Positions 19,356 through 28,821 of a stretch of 41,372 bases of DNA are shown one piece after another (position 1 is the first letter of the stretch; every line of letters starts with the position of its first letter). Position numbers and translations under genes: made by a program. The notes beneath the pieces are model-generated. The model was not told the DNA's origin and did no database searches. It saw nothing but the letters and a program-made list of their open reading frames with translations. The stretch comes from Candidatus Hydrogenedentota bacterium (GTDB lineage: Bacteria; Hydrogenedentota; Hydrogenedentia; Hydrogenedentales; GCA-2746185), in the NCBI GenBank assembly GCA_046583315.1, contig JAYGCN010000248.1, positions 1-41,372 of the forward strand, written 5' to 3'.

Positions 19356-21266
19356 TTAAAGCGTCAGTGCGACGAGCTGGGCCGGATTCGTGCCTACGGA
19401 GACTACCACGTATTGCTTTCCGCCATGCATATAACTCATTGGCACGCCCGTTGCATCGCCTGGCAGTGGAAACGCGGCGATGAGCTCTCCGGTACGTTTG
19501 TCGAAGGCGCGCAGGTTCGGAGAACCTCCACGGGCGGAACCTGACCGTCCTGAGCCTTCCGTAACGAATAAGAGGCTCTTCGTGACCATCGCAGCAGCTC
19601 GCGCATTGGAACCGAGTGGGGGCAGATTCAGGTCTTTCAGGCGAGGGTGATCAATTGGACCGTCTCCCCCATTTACTGCAGACCAGACTTTCGTGCCGGC
19701 GTTCATATCCAGCGCGACGATTTCGGCGTATGGCCCTTTCAAAAGCGGCAAACCGTCCGGACCCTCCATGGGCGCGCGTGAACGGGTATATCGGAAGTTA
19801 GATCGCGCCGGATCGGGTTTGTCTACCGCTATCACGGATGGATGATTCATCGCGGGAACAAAAAGGAACCCAGTCTCAGGATCATACGCGGCTCCTGGCC
19901 AGTTCGCCCCGCCGCCGTATCCCGGAAGAATGATCGTGCCTTGGGTGACGACCGGCGGCGTGAAGAGTGGTCCAATATTGAAGGTGTCGATGATTGCGAG
20001 AGCCTCCTCGCGCAGTTCCGGTGTGAAATCGATTACGTCATCGCGACTCACGCCTTGCCGCGCAAAGGGTGGCGGTTTCGTTGGAAAGGGTTGCGTCGGC
20101 GAGGTGCGTTCACCTGGCACGGTAGACTGCGCAACGGGTCGCTCTTCAATAGGCCAGACTGGTTTTCCGGTGGCGCGATCAAAAACGAAGGTGAATCCGT
20201 ATTTCGTCACTTGCGCGACGGCCTTGATCGTTTTACCATCGACCGTGATGTCCATCAGATTTGGTGCACACGGCAAGTCATAATCCCACAACCCATGATG
20301 CACCATCTGAAAATGCCATACGCGTTTACCCGTTTTGGCATCGAGGCATACGAGACTTTCGCTGAATAGCCCATCGCCCAACCGATGGCCGCCGTAGAAG
20401 TCATTGGTCGGTGTGCTGGTTGGAAGATAGACGTATCCCAGCTCAGCATCGGCACTGATAGAGGACCACACGTTCGCGCTGCCCGTGTATTCGTTCGATC
20501 TATTCTCCCAAGTCGCCGCGCCAAATTCGCCGGGTTGCGCAATCGTGTTAAAGGTCCAATTGAGCTTTCCCGTGCGCGCGTCGAAGCCTTTGACCTGACC
20601 CGGCGTGCCTTCCTTGACTGGAGGACCGTCCGAAATGGACGAACCTACCACGATAGTTCCATTCAGAATGATTGGTGCCGAAGGATGACCATAGCCCCGT
20701 GCTCGGCGTGCTCGCGGAACGCCTTCCAGCAGGTCCGCACGACCCGCATCACCGAATTCATTCACGAGTTTGCCCGTGTCCGCATTCAGCGCGATCAACC
20801 AAGAGTCACTGGTCGACATGAAAATGCGGCGGTCGTCGCCATCGGCCCAATAGCCCACGCCGCGACTGATATAGCCTAGATTCGGAGGTCGACCCGTTCG
20901 GTAGGCTTCGGAACTATACGACCACAGCGTCTCCCCCGTGCCCGCGTCAATCGCCATAGCCTGACCCAGCGAAGTGCTGCCATATAACACGCCATCCACG
21001 AGTAGCGGGGTTAATTCAAAATACGTCGCGTTCGCCACCTGTGGATTGTCAGAGTTTTCCTTTTGAATCTGAGCGTCGATAGATTCCCACGTCCACGCAA
21101 CCGACAAGTCCCCCACGTTGTCATGATTAATCTGGTCCAAGGGCGCATACTTCGTCGACCCCAAATCGCCGCCATACGACAGCCACGCATCGCCGGAGGT
21201 GCCGTGTTGGGCGGAAGAAAGAGAAGATACAACGAGAAAGATTGTTAAAAGTCCAAGGCCCTTCAC
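19356..21266 (-). CDS. exported PQQ-dependent dehydrogenase (glucose/quinate dehydrogenase-like, no membrane domain)
   Basis: Signal peptide; YAPLDQINHDNVGDLSVAW, TPLLVDG, RGVGYW, NVWS, VHHGLWDYD and SPTQPFP motifs; repeated tryptophan-docking motifs; TAGTG overlap with the upstream gene. Confidence 0.92.
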   Translation of the reverse strand: MKGLGLLTIFLVVSSLSSAQHGTSGDAWLSYGGDLGSTKYAPLDQINHDNVGDLSVAWTWESIDAQIQKENSDNPQVANATYFELTPLLVDGVLYGSTSLGQAMAIDAGTGETLWSYSSEAYRTGRPPNLGYISRGVGYWADGDDRRIFMSTSDSWLIALNADTGKLVNEFGDAGRADLLEGVPRARRARGYGHPSAPIILNGTIVVGSSISDGPPVKEGTPGQVKGFDARTGKLNWTFNTIAQPGEFGAATWENRSNEYTGSANVWSSISADAELGYVYLPTSTPTNDFYGGHRLGDGLFSESLVCLDAKTGKRVWHFQMVHHGLWDYDLPCAPNLMDITVDGKTIKAVAQVTKYGFTFVFDRATGKPVWPIEERPVAQSTVPGERTSPTQPFPTKPPPFARQGVSRDDVIDFTPELREEALAIIDTFNIGPLFTPPVVTQGTIILPGYGGGANWPGAAYDPETGFLFVPAMNHPSVIAVDKPDPARSNFRYTRSRAPMEGPDGLPLLKGPYAEIVALDMNAGTKVWSAVNGGDGPIDHPRLKDLNLPPLGSNARAAAMVTKSLLFVTEGSGRSGSARGGSPNLRAFDKRTGELIAAFPLPGDATGVPMSYMHGGKQYVVVSVGTNPAQLVALTL

Positions 21267-22915
21267 TATTCGAACTCCAAAACCGTCACGGGCAATACAA
21301 GCGCACTCGAATACTTCGCATCGTGATGTACGGCGTTGACGGCGATTTTCGGTTTCAGTTTAGAGCTACCCGGTGCTTCGCCTGTGTTCGGGTTTACTTC
21401 GAACCTTGGAAAATTGCTGGACGAGATGTGCACGGCGATCTTGTGGCCCTTTTCGAAGGTCATGGACATGTTCCACAGATCGATCACCATCAGTTCGGGT
21501 TTGCCCGGTGTCATCATGCGAATATCCCCCGGTTCGCGACCGTCTCGGTAGCGAGTCCGAATCGGCGTGTCCAGCACGATGGCTTCGTAACCATCCGGAT
21601 ACACGTCAACCAGTTTAACCATGAAGTCGGTATCCACAGCATCCGTGGAGGCCCATAACTCGAACTCGATGCGTCCCTGTATCGTCACGTCGTCTTCGAG
21701 CGCTGGTGTCGTGAATCGCAGGTAATCCTGGCGATCCGGTATCTCGCGCTGATCGACCGGTCCTACGCGTATGGGGAAATCCCTGGGAAAGTTATTGTAG
21801 TTCGCGCCGCCGACTGTGGGAATCGGGTTCGCTGGATCGAAGGTGTAGGAGGTCGCGGATTCCGGGTTGGTAGGTCGCGCGGTCGATAGCGAATTGTCTG
21901 ACGTCAGATAGAACCGCGTGTCCTTTGATACCGGCGGCCATTGATCCGTCTCGAAGAACCGATTCTTGTCCGATACTGCACCCTTGCGTGCCGATGCGAT
22001 GTGGTGATACGTCATCGCGGGTTCATCCATAATGCCGTTCTGTTCACCCTTGAGCCAATAGTTGAACCAGCGCATTTCCTCGTCGAATCCTCGGTCCAGC
22101 CCGATTGCATCCGGGTATTCCAAATCCCCATGCAACGGCGAATGCGCCCACGGCCCCATCCAGAGTTTCTGATTACCCTTCGCCCCCTCGCGACCATGAT
22201 ACTGCAAGGCGACAAAGTTATTGACCGCCCCCTTCGCGAACATGTCATACCATCCACCGAAGTTGTACATCGGAATATCGATATTGTGACGATGATGTAT
22301 GAGATCCGTAGCCTTCCATTTCTCATCCGAGATCACGCGCGCCTTCAAACTTGGAATCTGATCGGAGGCACCTGTCAGGCGCATGAAGTTGCCGCGGAAA
22401 TGTTCTCGGAATACGCCGCCCATATAATACGATTCATTGAACAACGATTCGGGCGCGGTCACGATATACCCGGCTACCAAATGCGGCGGATCAGCGGCGG
22501 CGGCAAGATTCGTGCAGATGCCCATGGCCGAGCGACCCGACATGCCGACCTTACCATTGCTCCACGACTGCTCGGCAATCCATTCAACGATGTCGTAACC
22601 GTCCTCCATGTCATCTTGGTAGGGTTCATATACGCCGTCCGAGGTGTGTTTGCCCCGGCAATCCTGCGTGACGAAGGCGATCTGTTCATCCAGGTATCTG
22701 GAGGCGCGCCGATTGTAGCGTTTCATGTTGTAGGGCGTGCGGGTGAGTACGACGGGCCAGGGCCCATCGCCCTCGGGGAGATAAATATTCGTGCCCAGCA
22801 TTACGCCATCACGCATCGGCACTATTAGGTGCTCCGGAACCGGGTATTCTTGTTCCTGCGCCACGGTGCTCAGCGGAATCATAAGTAGACAGAAAAGTAC
22901 AATCGACCTGCGCAT
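21266..22915 (-). CDS. exported CocE/NonD family serine hydrolase
   Basis: Signal peptide; PMRDGVML, RTPY, QDCRG, GRSAMG nucleophile elbow, GWYD, GPWAH, and C-terminal SSSNFPRF. Confidence 0.92.
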   Translation of the reverse strand: MRRSIVLFCLLMIPLSTVAQEQEYPVPEHLIVPMRDGVMLGTNIYLPEGDGPWPVVLTRTPYNMKRYNRRASRYLDEQIAFVTQDCRGKHTSDGVYEPYQDDMEDGYDIVEWIAEQSWSNGKVGMSGRSAMGICTNLAAAADPPHLVAGYIVTAPESLFNESYYMGGVFREHFRGNFMRLTGASDQIPSLKARVISDEKWKATDLIHHRHNIDIPMYNFGGWYDMFAKGAVNNFVALQYHGREGAKGNQKLWMGPWAHSPLHGDLEYPDAIGLDRGFDEEMRWFNYWLKGEQNGIMDEPAMTYHHIASARKGAVSDKNRFFETDQWPPVSKDTRFYLTSDNSLSTARPTNPESATSYTFDPANPIPTVGGANYNNFPRDFPIRVGPVDQREIPDRQDYLRFTTPALEDDVTIQGRIEFELWASTDAVDTDFMVKLVDVYPDGYEAIVLDTPIRTRYRDGREPGDIRMMTPGKPELMVIDLWNMSMTFEKGHKIAVHISSSNFPRFEVNPNTGEAPGSSKLKPKIAVNAVHHDAKYSSALVLPVTVLEFE

Positions 22916-22982
22916 AAAAAACGCTCCCTGGTCACCAAGACCAGAGAGCATCATAACGTGTTCGTTTTCGATCCGCAAACAG

Positions 22983-24176
22983 CTAATCCGTGTCTCCAAC
23001 AACGGCGTCTCCATCATCGTAAATATACTCGAAAATGCCAAACATCATCTCGTCGGTCGACTGAAGCCCGAACCCTACATTGCGCGTCGGATCGGGGTTA
23101 TTGGGGTTGTTCGCCGAATTGTCGTAGTGAGCCGTGATTTCGATTTCAGAGCCGGCGGGAACGGAAATAGGTTTTTCCGGATAGTAAAACAGCTGCCAAT
23201 TGAAATCATACTTGGGCACGCTCAGGAGAATGTCTGCTCTCTTATTGTCCATGAGCGCCGTAAATCGCATATCTTTGCCCCGTAAGTGCATGTGCGGGAA
23301 CAACGATATGATTTTGATGTCTTCCTCCACGTACCAGGCATCTATCTCTTCATGATTCTCAGCGCCAGCAGGAATAAAAAACGAATACGATCCGGCGAGA
23401 GCGGCATGCACTTCGTGTTGCAATTTTCCCTCACCATGATAAAGCCCGATGCGCGTCGTATCCGTCGTCGCCGTGCCGTTCGGATGATAATGCATGTTGG
23501 TCATGAGCGTCTGGCCGTTGCGCAGTTTGCGCCCCATGCCCTTGGGATAGACATTCGGTGCTGTGCCCAAGGCCCACGTGCCAAGCACATTGAAATCGTT
23601 TCCCATTCCGCTGCCGAAGCCGTTCATAAAAATAACGACGTGGTGTGCAACATCCATGTTACTCGGGCGAATTTCGATAGCCTGAATCCATTGTGACTCA
23701 TCCACCTCGGCCTTAAAACTCAGATTCGGAAAGTAGTCGGTTCCTTCAGCGGGAATGTTTACGGTCGGCAGTTCGATAATCGCATCCGGTTCGCCCCGTT
23801 GCCATCCGGACGTAAACGTCGGCATCTCCGGCATGTCCTTGGGATTCCCGCGCGGAGCTCCAGCATTCACCCACTTAACGATCGCCTTGATTTCCTTGTC
23901 GGTCAGGCTCGCGTCATTGGAGAAGGTACCGTGCGCAGGATCGGCAAACCAAGGCGGCATCTCGCGGCTTGACACTTTTTCCTTGATCGCTTTGGCCCAG
24001 GGTCGGGTCTCATCGTAATTACGCAACGACATCGGGGCCACTTCCCCCGCGCGATGACAAGTCACACAATTCTCGAATAGAATTGGCGCGATGTCCTTGG
24101 TGTAGGTAATTTGGGCGGCGTGGGCACCGAAACTACACAGGAATAAAAAGATAAGACTTAGGGATAAGCTGCGCAT
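22983..24176 (-). CDS. exported c-type cytochrome / copper type II (PHM/DBH-like) monooxygenase fusion, soluble form
   Basis: AGAGGAG RBS; signal peptide; CVTCH and MPPW; HHVVIF and MHYH; PHMHLRG and DEMM. Confidence 0.85.
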   Translation of the reverse strand: MRSLSLSLIFLFLCSFGAHAAQITYTKDIAPILFENCVTCHRAGEVAPMSLRNYDETRPWAKAIKEKVSSREMPPWFADPAHGTFSNDASLTDKEIKAIVKWVNAGAPRGNPKDMPEMPTFTSGWQRGEPDAIIELPTVNIPAEGTDYFPNLSFKAEVDESQWIQAIEIRPSNMDVAHHVVIFMNGFGSGMGNDFNVLGTWALGTAPNVYPKGMGRKLRNGQTLMTNMHYHPNGTATTDTTRIGLYHGEGKLQHEVHAALAGSYSFFIPAGAENHEEIDAWYVEEDIKIISLFPHMHLRGKDMRFTALMDNKRADILLSVPKYDFNWQLFYYPEKPISVPAGSEIEITAHYDNSANNPNNPDPTRNVGFGLQSTDEMMFGIFEYIYDDGDAVVGDTD

Positions 24177-24180
24177 GGAT

Positions 24181-25581
24181 TTAGCTCCTCTGAGAGTTTG
24201 TCTGCCTCCTCTTATACAGAAAAAGCAGCAGAAAACCAAATCCCGCAACCACAGAGACGATGAGGGGTATAAGGATCTCCTGAGATCGTTGCGCCTGGGC
24301 TATCTCCATTCGGATCTCTGCACGTCTTTTTTCATGACGTTTCTGCAGTAATGCGGTCTCTATTTTGTCGTGATAGCCAATATCGATGGGCATATCTGAC
24401 GTGTACTCAAAAATCCCGAACATCATTTCATCATCAGAATTTTCCCCGTACGATATCTCGAGCTGAGGATTCGGATTGTCCGGGTTGCCCGCCGAATTAT
24501 CGAAGTGGCCGACGACATCGATGATCGTATCTTTTGGAATAAACTTGGGCGTTTCCAGATAATAGAAATACTGCCAATTAAACCTGTAATTGGGAACATT
24601 CAACAAAATCTCGCTGTTGCCATCCGGATAGGTGGCCGTGTAAACCATGTCTTTTCCGCGATAGTGCATATGTGGAAAAAACGAGCGGATCGTTAAGTCC
24701 GCAGGAGTCTTCCAGCGACCTCTAACCTCATGATTGTTCGCGTAGGGCGGAATTGTGAGTTCGAAATCTCCAATCCGAATTCCATGAAGGTCCTTTCCCA
24801 TTTCGCCCTCGCCGAAATACAATCCGACGTGGGTGATGTCGGTCCCCTCTTCGCCATAAGGATGGTAATGTTGGCTGATGACAATTTTTTCTGAGGGCCC
24901 GATGCGGCGACCGGTTCCCGGAGGGTAAATATTGGGCGGGGTATCAACGGCCCACACGCCGAGGACCGCATAGTCAGAGTTCTGGTCGCGTGCATGGCTC
25001 CCATCCAAAAAAACGACGCTGTGATGCACCCCATTGCGATTCTCGGGGCGGATCTCAACAGCACGCACCCAACGCGATCCGTCTGTTTCCAGCACAGCGC
25101 GTAAGGGTACTTTAAGATCTTCACCTTCAGCGGGAATCACTACTTCCGGAGTGGAGACCAGATAGTCGGGCTCACCGAGTTGCCATCCGTTCGTGAAGAC
25201 TGGGAGTTCGGGCAGGTCCTTCGGATCGCCGAGTAGCGCACCCTGATCCACCCAATCAATAATGACCTGAATTTCTTCATCGGACAACGAAGGGTCGTTT
25301 GAGAACACCCCGTGTTGTGGATCGGCAAACCAGGGCGGCATCGCTCGATTAAAGACCTGTTCACGAATGGCTTTTGCCCATGGTCGCGTCTCTAAATAGG
25401 AACGTAGCGACATAGGGGCTGCGGTATCGGGTCGATGACACGATACGCAATGCTCGAACATGACCGGTGCCACATGCTCGGTATAGGTTACCCGATCGGC
25501 GCGCGCAACATTTGTGAACAATCCGATCAATCCGGCTATCGCGATCAGGGGGATCGCTCTCAGTTTCTCGGAATTGATCAT
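24181..25581 (-). CDS. exported c-type cytochrome / copper type II monooxygenase fusion with C-terminal membrane anchor
   Basis: Signal peptide; CVSCH and MPPW; HHSVVF and QHYH; PHMHYRG and DEMM; C-terminal TM ILIPLIVSVVAGFGFLLLFLY followed by KRR. Confidence 0.85.
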   Translation of the reverse strand: MINSEKLRAIPLIAIAGLIGLFTNVARADRVTYTEHVAPVMFEHCVSCHRPDTAAPMSLRSYLETRPWAKAIREQVFNRAMPPWFADPQHGVFSNDPSLSDEEIQVIIDWVDQGALLGDPKDLPELPVFTNGWQLGEPDYLVSTPEVVIPAEGEDLKVPLRAVLETDGSRWVRAVEIRPENRNGVHHSVVFLDGSHARDQNSDYAVLGVWAVDTPPNIYPPGTGRRIGPSEKIVISQHYHPYGEEGTDITHVGLYFGEGEMGKDLHGIRIGDFELTIPPYANNHEVRGRWKTPADLTIRSFFPHMHYRGKDMVYTATYPDGNSEILLNVPNYRFNWQYFYYLETPKFIPKDTIIDVVGHFDNSAGNPDNPNPQLEISYGENSDDEMMFGIFEYTSDMPIDIGYHDKIETALLQKRHEKRRAEIRMEIAQAQRSQEILIPLIVSVVAGFGFLLLFLYKRRQTNSQRS

Positions 25582-25604
25582 CGTTTGTCTCTTAATACTT
25601 TTCT

Positions 25605-26738
25605 CTAGGTTAATACTTTCATGTGCGCCAAATCAAAGGCCACAATTTCGTCTTCTTTGCTGGCTTGTACTTTGTTCGCCCAAGCAGGGTCGGACAACAA
25701 CGCGCGCCCTACCGCCACCAAATCGAACTCGTCGTTCTCGAATCGTGTGATCAGGTCATCGATACTCGTCGGTGCCGCTTCCTTGCCCGCGTAGGAACGA
25801 AGAAAATCCGAATCGAGTCCGATGCTGCCCACTGTAATTGACGGTTTACCTGTGAGCTTTTTGGTCCATCCAGCGAGATTCAGATCGGAACCCTCGAACT
25901 CCGGCTCATCAAAGCGACGTTGGCTACAGTGGAAGTAATCCACGCCTGCATTCGACAGCGGCATCAGGAAGGCTTCGAGCGCTTCGGGCGTCGGTGCCAT
26001 CTTGTGCGAATAGTCGCCCTGCTTCCACTGTGAGAAGCGGAACACAATCGGGAAGTCGTCGGACACGTTTGCGCGCATGGCTTCGATAATTTCTACCGCA
26101 AAACGAGTACGCTGCGGCAAGTCGCCACCGTATTCGTCGCTACGCTGATTCGTCGCTTCCCAGAAAAACTGGTCAATCAGGTAGCTGTGCGCCCCGTGAA
26201 TTTCAATGCCGTCCATACCAATCGCCTCCGCGTCTTTCGCGGACTGACCATAGGCAGCAACACATTGCGCGATTTCTTCCTTTGTTAATGCATGTGCAGG
26301 AACAGCATCTTCCTTCTTCGCCAGCGACGGATGCACCACCGCAGACGGACCTACCGGCGTAGCATCTGGATCCGGTCCCACACCCGGTTGACGGATGCTA
26401 CCTACATGCCAAATTTGAGGAATGATAAATCCGCCGCCTGCATGCACTTCGTCTACAACCTTTTTCCAACCTGCCAGGGCGTCTTCGCCGTAGAAATTCG
26501 GCACGTCGGGATAGCCATGATTACCCGTAAATTCGGGAGGTGTACCCTCGGTAATAATGAGTCCAACGCCACCTTCAGCCCGGCGACGGTAATACGCGGC
26601 GACCTCATCACTCGGCACGTTGCCCGGCGATTGACTGCGTGTCATCGGTGCCATCGCGATTCGATTCGGCAATGTCACTTTTCCGAATGCGTAGGGCTTA
26701 AATAATGAGTCAACACTTACTTGGGTAGTCTCTGACAT
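25605..26738 (-). CDS. NADH:flavin oxidoreductase (old yellow enzyme family)
   Basis: NRIAMAPMTR, GLIITEG, QIWHVG, EIHGAHSYLIDQF, NQRSDEYGG and VGRALL motifs. Confidence 0.95.
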   Translation of the reverse strand: MSETTQVSVDSLFKPYAFGKVTLPNRIAMAPMTRSQSPGNVPSDEVAAYYRRRAEGGVGLIITEGTPPEFTGNHGYPDVPNFYGEDALAGWKKVVDEVHAGGGFIIPQIWHVGSIRQPGVGPDPDATPVGPSAVVHPSLAKKEDAVPAHALTKEEIAQCVAAYGQSAKDAEAIGMDGIEIHGAHSYLIDQFFWEATNQRSDEYGGDLPQRTRFAVEIIEAMRANVSDDFPIVFRFSQWKQGDYSHKMAPTPEALEAFLMPLSNAGVDYFHCSQRRFDEPEFEGSDLNLAGWTKKLTGKPSITVGSIGLDSDFLRSYAGKEAAPTSIDDLITRFENDEFDLVAVGRALLSDPAWANKVQASKEDEIVAFDLAHMKVLT

Positions 26739-26754
26739 GCTCTGTTCCTTTTCA

Positions 26755-27480
26755 CTATCGATAGGTTAATAAATCGGGCTTATTCACAAAATGGGGCGTC
26801 GCATTGAAGGCGTCCAGCGTCACCCGGTCCGCATTACTGAATGTAAAATCCGTCAATGAAGCGTTGCGAACCCGCCAATTCAGTTTCGCTGCCTGTAGCT
26901 CAGGAGCCTGCAACACCGTCTGCACGCTCACTCCAATCGGGCCTCCAGACGTAAACACCGCCACACGCCGTCCGGACCCGCCTTTGTCCATGATTTCCCT
27001 CAACGAATCCCGCACTCCACCGGCAAATTCCGCCCAAGTGGAGATGGAATCCGTCTCATATTCTTTATGAACCCACTTGTCCATTATCGCCTCCAACAGG
27101 CGGTGAAAGCTCTTGTACTTGTGCCCGGATTCCGTCGCACCAGAGTAATCATCACTCAGCACCTTAATCTCCGGATACTTCTCGCACAATTCGGGAAGTA
27201 GCACCCCCATCACCTGATCTGAAGGATATTCATTCAAGGCGGCCATCGTCTGAATCTCGGGATAGTCGAGCCCCTGCTCCAGAAACGGCCCGCCCGCGCA
27301 CTCCGCCGTACGCGTCTGACGTTTCAACGTGCCCACATACACCTCGTCAAAGGCGGTCCCCATTTCAATCCAGTGCCGGCCCAGCACCCGGGACTGCTCC
27401 TCACCGAGTTCTGACAACTTGTCATAATCATCCGAAAAAAAACTCGCCTGTCCATGTCGAACCAGCGTCAATATACTCAT
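26755..27480 (-). CDS. histidine phosphatase (phosphoglycerate mutase-like) family protein
   Basis: LVRHGQASF, GTLKRQTRTA, LNEY, VFTSGGPI and NAS motifs. Confidence 0.92.
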   Translation of the reverse strand: MSILTLVRHGQASFFSDDYDKLSELGEEQSRVLGRHWIEMGTAFDEVYVGTLKRQTRTAECAGGPFLEQGLDYPEIQTMAALNEYPSDQVMGVLLPELCEKYPEIKVLSDDYSGATESGHKYKSFHRLLEAIMDKWVHKEYETDSISTWAEFAGGVRDSLREIMDKGGSGRRVAVFTSGGPIGVSVQTVLQAPELQAAKLNWRVRNASLTDFTFSNADRVTLDAFNATPHFVNKPDLLTYR

Positions 27481-27583
27481 AAAATCAATCTCGCCTTCGC
27501 AAAAATTCAAAAATCAAAGACGAACAGCATACCAAACACACCCCCTGTGGCTCCAGAGAGGGAAATTTCAGCCTTCGAGCGGG

Positions 27584-27877
27584 TTAATCAACTTGCGTAC
27601 TGTCGAAAATCCGAATCTCCGGCGGCCCTACGCTCAACGCCTTGGCCTGTTGCACAAACCCACCCGATTCCGGAACGTCGAAATGAGTCTGCAACACGGC
27701 TCTATCCGCCCACTGCTCGAAGAAGACCAGACGATTATCATTCTCTGCGTCAATATGCACCCCATGCTGAATGCACCCCGGCTCCTCACGCGACCGCGCC
27801 ACATGCTCCAGACTGATCCGAAGCAACTCATCCAACTTACCCCGCTGGGCCTCAGCACAACCCCAAACAATTATCAA
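27584..27877 (-). CDS. ABM-family (putative quinol monooxygenase) protein
   Basis: SREEPGCI...VFFEQWAD...HF motifs; TTG start after GGAG. Confidence 0.88.
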   Translation of the reverse strand: MIIVWGCAEAQRGKLDELLRISLEHVARSREEPGCIQHGVHIDAENDNRLVFFEQWADRAVLQTHFDVPESGGFVQQAKALSVGPPEIRIFDSTQVD

Positions 27878-27895
27878 CGCATATCTCCAATATTC

Positions 27896-28048
27896 CTAAT
27901 CCATAGACGCTTCAACGGAAACGAGACGCTGTTCCAGCGCAACGAATCGCACAGTCAGCCTATCAATATCGGCCTACTCATTGTCCAACTCAAGCGTAAG
28001 CTTCTCATTCAAGCCCTGAGTCGCCGCCAGCGCCACGTCACCCGGGTC
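27896..28048 (-). pseudogene. remnant of a peptidase S74 / intramolecular chaperone (tail-fibre type) C-terminus
   Basis: Manual translation DPGDVALAATQGLNEKLTLELDNE*ADIDRLTVRFVALEQRLVSVEASMD* resembles the 'DxDGVALAAIQGLNxKL + coiled coil' terminus; in-frame TAG at 27976-27974; no convincing start. Confidence 0.6.
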
Positions 28049-28149
28049 TGAGTAGCAATTATCAAGCAGGCCGCGATCCTTCAAAAAACCCCCTTCAATC
28101 CGCTATACTAGCCGCTTTCCCGAAGTCTCATACGCAAGGAGTCCTTTCA

Positions 28150-28797
28150 ATGTACATCGGCCGCATCGTTTCTGTAGCCAAGACGCCGGATGACCGCATC
28201 GTTGCGTCCTACCGCGTGTCCAGCCGCTCATTTCCCAACCGCAAGGCCGTGATTACAGGTGATAAAGTGAGTATCGTGCCCAAAGAGGGGCATGAAGGCG
28301 ATATCTACAAGAACCCGTACATCGCCTACAACTGCGTGCGCGTGGTCAATGATGGTAATATCGCCATCGTCACCAACGGCTCCCAGACGGACCCCATTGC
28401 CGAGAAAATCATCTTGGGCATGCCCATTCGCGACGCGCTTGTCCTTTCTTCGTTGGCGCTGGATTATGAAAAAGACGACTACAATACGCCGCGTGTGAGT
28501 GCTGTCGCGGATCGCGCGAACAACACGGGGTGGCTAGCCGTCGTGCGCGACAATGGACTCGAGGTGCGCGAGATGCCCCTTGAAGCCGGAAAGTTTTTCT
28601 ATGTGGCCACCTATGAAGAGAATAGTCTAGCACTGGATCAGTCTGGAGACTACGACGCGAACTCCGCCGATGAAGCCTGCGACTTTATCATCGGCAAAGG
28701 CATATTCGCCGACCGCGAGAAACCGGTGACCTCCGTGGCCGCCGTCGCACAGGCCGAAGGATTTGAACTCGCCTCCAAAGACGTTACGCCCGAATAA
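28150..28797 (+). CDS. purO: archaeal-type IMP cyclohydrolase
   Basis: MYIGR, YRVSSRSFPNR, NPYIAYNC, NGSQTDPI, DYEKDDYNTPR and ATYE are PurO signatures; AAGGAG RBS; adjacent to purB. Confidence 0.92.
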   Translation: MYIGRIVSVAKTPDDRIVASYRVSSRSFPNRKAVITGDKVSIVPKEGHEGDIYKNPYIAYNCVRVVNDGNIAIVTNGSQTDPIAEKIILGMPIRDALVLSSLALDYEKDDYNTPRVSAVADRANNTGWLAVVRDNGLEVREMPLEAGKFFYVATYEENSLALDQSGDYDANSADEACDFIIGKGIFADREKPVTSVAAVAQAEGFELASKDVTPE

Positions 28798-28821
28798 CCA
28801 AAACCCGAATCGGAATCAATC

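Noticed and set aside
20270..20310. WDYD motif as evidence of a lanthanide-dependent PQQ enzyme
   Set aside because: HHxLWDYD is the normal motif of glucose/quinate-type quinoproteins; the extra-Asp rule applies to the XoxF/PedH alcohol dehydrogenase clade.
27974..27976. TAG read-through (pyrrolysine or recoding) in the S74-like fragment
   Set aside because: Several intact genes in the window end in TAG, and the fragment lacks a convincing start and the rest of the domain; decay is the simpler explanation.
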